DNA of 64,000 nucleotides from an uncultured Ectothiorhodospiraceae bacterium (GTDB lineage Bacteria; Pseudomonadota; Gammaproteobacteria; S012-40): NCBI GenBank assembly GCA_945787715.1, contig CALZJE010000003.1, positions 6,088 to 70,087 of the forward strand, read 5' to 3'. Shown piece by piece: positions 61,752 to 64,000 of this stretch (position 1 is its first letter; each line of letters starts with the position of its first letter). The notes under the pieces were generated by a model. It saw only the letters and a program-made list of their open reading frames with translations, ran no database searches and was not told where the DNA came from. The position numbers and the translations under genes were made by a program.

Positions 61752-63080
61752 ATGTATTTTTCAGAATATTGGCGATTATTTTTATTAGTATTCTCTGCCG
61801 GGATTGTCGGTTTGGTAATTGATCAATTGCTATTTGGGATACTTATAGGCGTCTCGATCTATTTAGTGCGCCATCTCAAGTATATCCGAAAACTCCATAA
61901 GTGGCTGAGCAATACCAAAAGTAGTCAAGAGCCACCTGAAGGTTCTGGAATCTGGTTCGGTATTTTCAGTAAGATCTACGCGTTACAAAAACGAAATAAA
62001 AGCCAAAAAATAAAACTAGCATCTGCATTAACCCGATTTCAGGAAGCAGCATCTGCAATGCCCGATGCTATGGTCATCTTGACTCAAGAAGGAAAAATCG
62101 AGTGGTTTAACCAGGCCGCAAAATTCTTGCTGGGGCTCAAATCACCGCAAGATATTGATCAACATATCATCAATTTGATCCGATTCCCGGCATTTAAAAA
62201 ATATTTAGATGATCAGCAAAGGGATGAAGAAGGACTGGAGATTATTTCACCTTACAATGAGAGATTAATTCTTCAGCTTCGTATGGTGCCTTATGGTCGC
62301 GGAAAGGCACTTTTGGTGGCAAGAGATGTGACGAGAGTTAGCCAACTTGAGCAGGTTCGTCGTCATTTTGTGGCAAATATTTCACATGAGTTACGCACGC
62401 CATTAACTGTATTAACGGGTTATATGGAAACACTGCTTGCCAATGATGAAAGTAATCAGAATGATTGGCATCAACCTGTTCAACAGATGTATTCTCAAAC
62501 AAATCGCATGCAAGGAATCGTTAAAGATCTACTCTTGTTAACGCGTCTTGAAAACTATAATCAAGAAGTTGAAGGAACGACAGTTAATGTCACTGAATTA
62601 ATTGAAATGTTGTTGGAAGAGGCCAGAATGCTTGGTCATAACAAGAAGCAAGCGCTAACTGCAGATTATGACACCAGCTTAAAGTTAAAAGGTAAACGGG
62701 AAGATCTGCAGAGTGCATTTTCAAATTTGGTGAGTAATGCGGTCAGATACACGCCTGAAAACGGCAAAATTCACATAAAATGGTTTCAGGATGAAGCAGG
62801 TGCTCACTTTGTGGTTGAGGATTCAGGAATGGGTGTGTCTAAGATGGATATTCCTCGACTGACTGAACGCTTTTTCCGTGTAGATGAAGCTCGATCGCGT
62901 GAGACAGGTGGCACTGGGCTCGGCCTAGCAATCGTTAAGCATGTGTTAAATAGCCATAATGGCAATCTCTCGATTAAAAGTTCTTTAGGTAAAGGTAGTG
63001 CTTTCTCCTGTAACTTTCCATTAGATAGAATCGTGTCTGAAAATGCAGTCGTTCCGCTAGAAAGTAATAAATCGGCTTAG
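61752..63080 (+). CDS. phoR: Phosphate regulon sensor histidine kinase PhoR
   Basis: Two N-terminal TM helices, a PAS domain, H-box HELRTPLT and ATPase G-boxes. Confidence 0.85.
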   Translation: MYFSEYWRLFLLVFSAGIVGLVIDQLLFGILIGVSIYLVRHLKYIRKLHKWLSNTKSSQEPPEGSGIWFGIFSKIYALQKRNKSQKIKLASALTRFQEAASAMPDAMVILTQEGKIEWFNQAAKFLLGLKSPQDIDQHIINLIRFPAFKKYLDDQQRDEEGLEIISPYNERLILQLRMVPYGRGKALLVARDVTRVSQLEQVRRHFVANISHELRTPLTVLTGYMETLLANDESNQNDWHQPVQQMYSQTNRMQGIVKDLLLLTRLENYNQEVEGTTVNVTELIEMLLEEARMLGHNKKQALTADYDTSLKLKGKREDLQSAFSNLVSNAVRYTPENGKIHIKWFQDEAGAHFVVEDSGMGVSKMDIPRLTERFFRVDEARSRETGGTGLGLAIVKHVLNSHNGNLSIKSSLGKGSAFSCNFPLDRIVSENAVVPLESNKSA

Positions 63081-63195
63081 GAGTCCTGTCACACTCCTAG
63101 CCCGTCGCTTTAAAATTACTGCTTTGTTGCACTTTTTCTCATTATTTCACCATTTAATTTACTGATTTCATTGGCTGTAATAATACTGTCATATT

Positions 63196-63224
63196 TATGT
63201 AATAAAACTGTCAGCAAATGGATT
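63196..63224 (+). promoter_or_regulatory. Pho box upstream of pstS
   Basis: CTGTCATATTT-ATGTAATAAAA-CTGTCAGCAAA: CTGTCA heptamers 22 bp apart with 11-bp periodicity. Confidence 0.6.
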
Positions 63225-63297
63225 CATACTTCCCCAAAATTTAAACAGTCGTTTTCTAATTAATGACTGAGACGGTTTCACATTTAGGAGTGTTTTA

Positions 63298-64000
63298 ATG
63301 AAAACGAGAATTACATCTATACTATCGGCGATGGTGATTGGGCTATCTGCCAGTAATGTTATGGCAAGTAAAGTTGATCCAGACTTACACGTTTATGAAA
63401 AAGTGAGTGGTGTTTCTGGTAACCTTTCAAGTGTAGGTTCAGATACGTTGGCAAATTTAATGACTTTATGGGCTGAAGCGTTTAAAACTGCTTACCCCAA
63501 TGTAAATATCCAAATCCAGGCAGCTGGTTCTTCTACTGCTCCTCCTGCGTTAACGGAGGGTACTGCGAACTTCGGCCCCATGAGCCGCCAAATGAAGAGT
63601 AAAGAGATCGAAGCATTTGAGAAGAAATATGGTTACAAACCTACAAAAATTCCAGTCGCGATTGATGCGTTGGCGGTATACGTTCATAAAGATAATCCGA
63701 TTAAAGAGCTAACTATTCCACAAGTTGATGCGATATTTTCTTCAACAAGAAAATGTAACTACGACGAAGACTTGACCACTTGGGGTGATCTTGGACAAAC
63801 AGGTGCGTGGAAAACTCGCAGCATCCAACTATTTGGTCGTAACTCGGTTTCTGGTACTTACGGTTATTTCAAGAAGAAAGGGCTGTGTAAAGGCGATTTC
63901 AAAAACAATGTAAATGAGCAGCCTGGTTCTGCTTCTGTTGTTCAATCTGTTTCGACGTCACTAAATGGTATTGGGTATTCAGGCATCGGCTATAAAACAT
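63298..64000 (+). CDS. pstS: Phosphate ABC transporter substrate-binding protein PstS (N-terminal part, continues beyond the window)
   Basis: Signal peptide and PstS family sequence (…[15 protein letters not shown]…). RBS AGGAG. Open to the window end. Confidence 0.8.
   Translation, partial: MKTRITSILSAMVIGLSASNVMASKVDPDLHVYEKVSGVSGNLSSVGSDTLANLMTLWAEAFKTAYPNVNIQIQAAGSSTAPPALTEGTANFGPMSRQMKSKEIEAFEKKYGYKPTKIPVAIDALAVYVHKDNPIKELTIPQVDAIFSSTRKCNYDEDLTTWGDLGQTGAWKTRSIQLFGRNSVSGTYGYFKKKGLCKGDFKNNVNEQPGSASVVQSVSTSLNGIGYSGIGYKT

Overview
This window is a chromosomal segment from an AT-rich gammaproteobacterium, close to the replication-origin side of the chromosome. It holds dnaN (C-terminal end), recF and gyrB, followed by fbp, plsC, gmhB and glyQS. 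Next comes an ~1.15 kb non-coding AT-rich region that carries two copies of a DnaA-box-rich module; this is a candidate oriC or DnaA-binding locus. After it are a PP-loop MnmA-like gene, a TusA-like gene and a CDF transporter, then glnA-(DUF4124)-ntrB-ntrC with a recognisable sigma-54 promoter in front of glnA and an NtrC palindrome in front of ntrB. Further on are trmL, the conserved block rhodanese-trx2-secB-gpsA / gpmI-envC-ctpA-yibQ, a DJ-1 protein, a complete Bat/MoxR operon (moxR-DUF58-DUF4381-batA-batB/C-batD), a YgjP peptidase, a PAE/Notum-like esterase, a YliI-type sugar dehydrogenase, a DASS transporter, a Rieske protein, a 975-aa DUF349 repeat protein and phoB-phoR-pstS with Pho boxes. 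The most unusual content is an ~8 kb insert between ntrC and trmL (22.3-30.1 kb). It is a five-gene operon behind a near-consensus sigma-54 promoter, with a convergent gene for a sigma-54 activator that has a degenerate receiver domain. The operon encodes a protein with an extremely acidic N-terminal half and an Arg/Lys-rich glycine-zipper C-terminal half, an HEXXH protein, a 622-aa unknown, a PGRP/AmpD-type peptidoglycan amidase and a V8-like (S1B) serine protease. None of the five has a Sec signal peptide. I could not assign this module to any described system. Other oddities are a decayed EAL-domain pseudogene, a frameshifted beta-propeller gene and a 145-bp MITE-like inverted-repeat element. 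I found no tRNA, rRNA, CRISPR, integrase or transposase.
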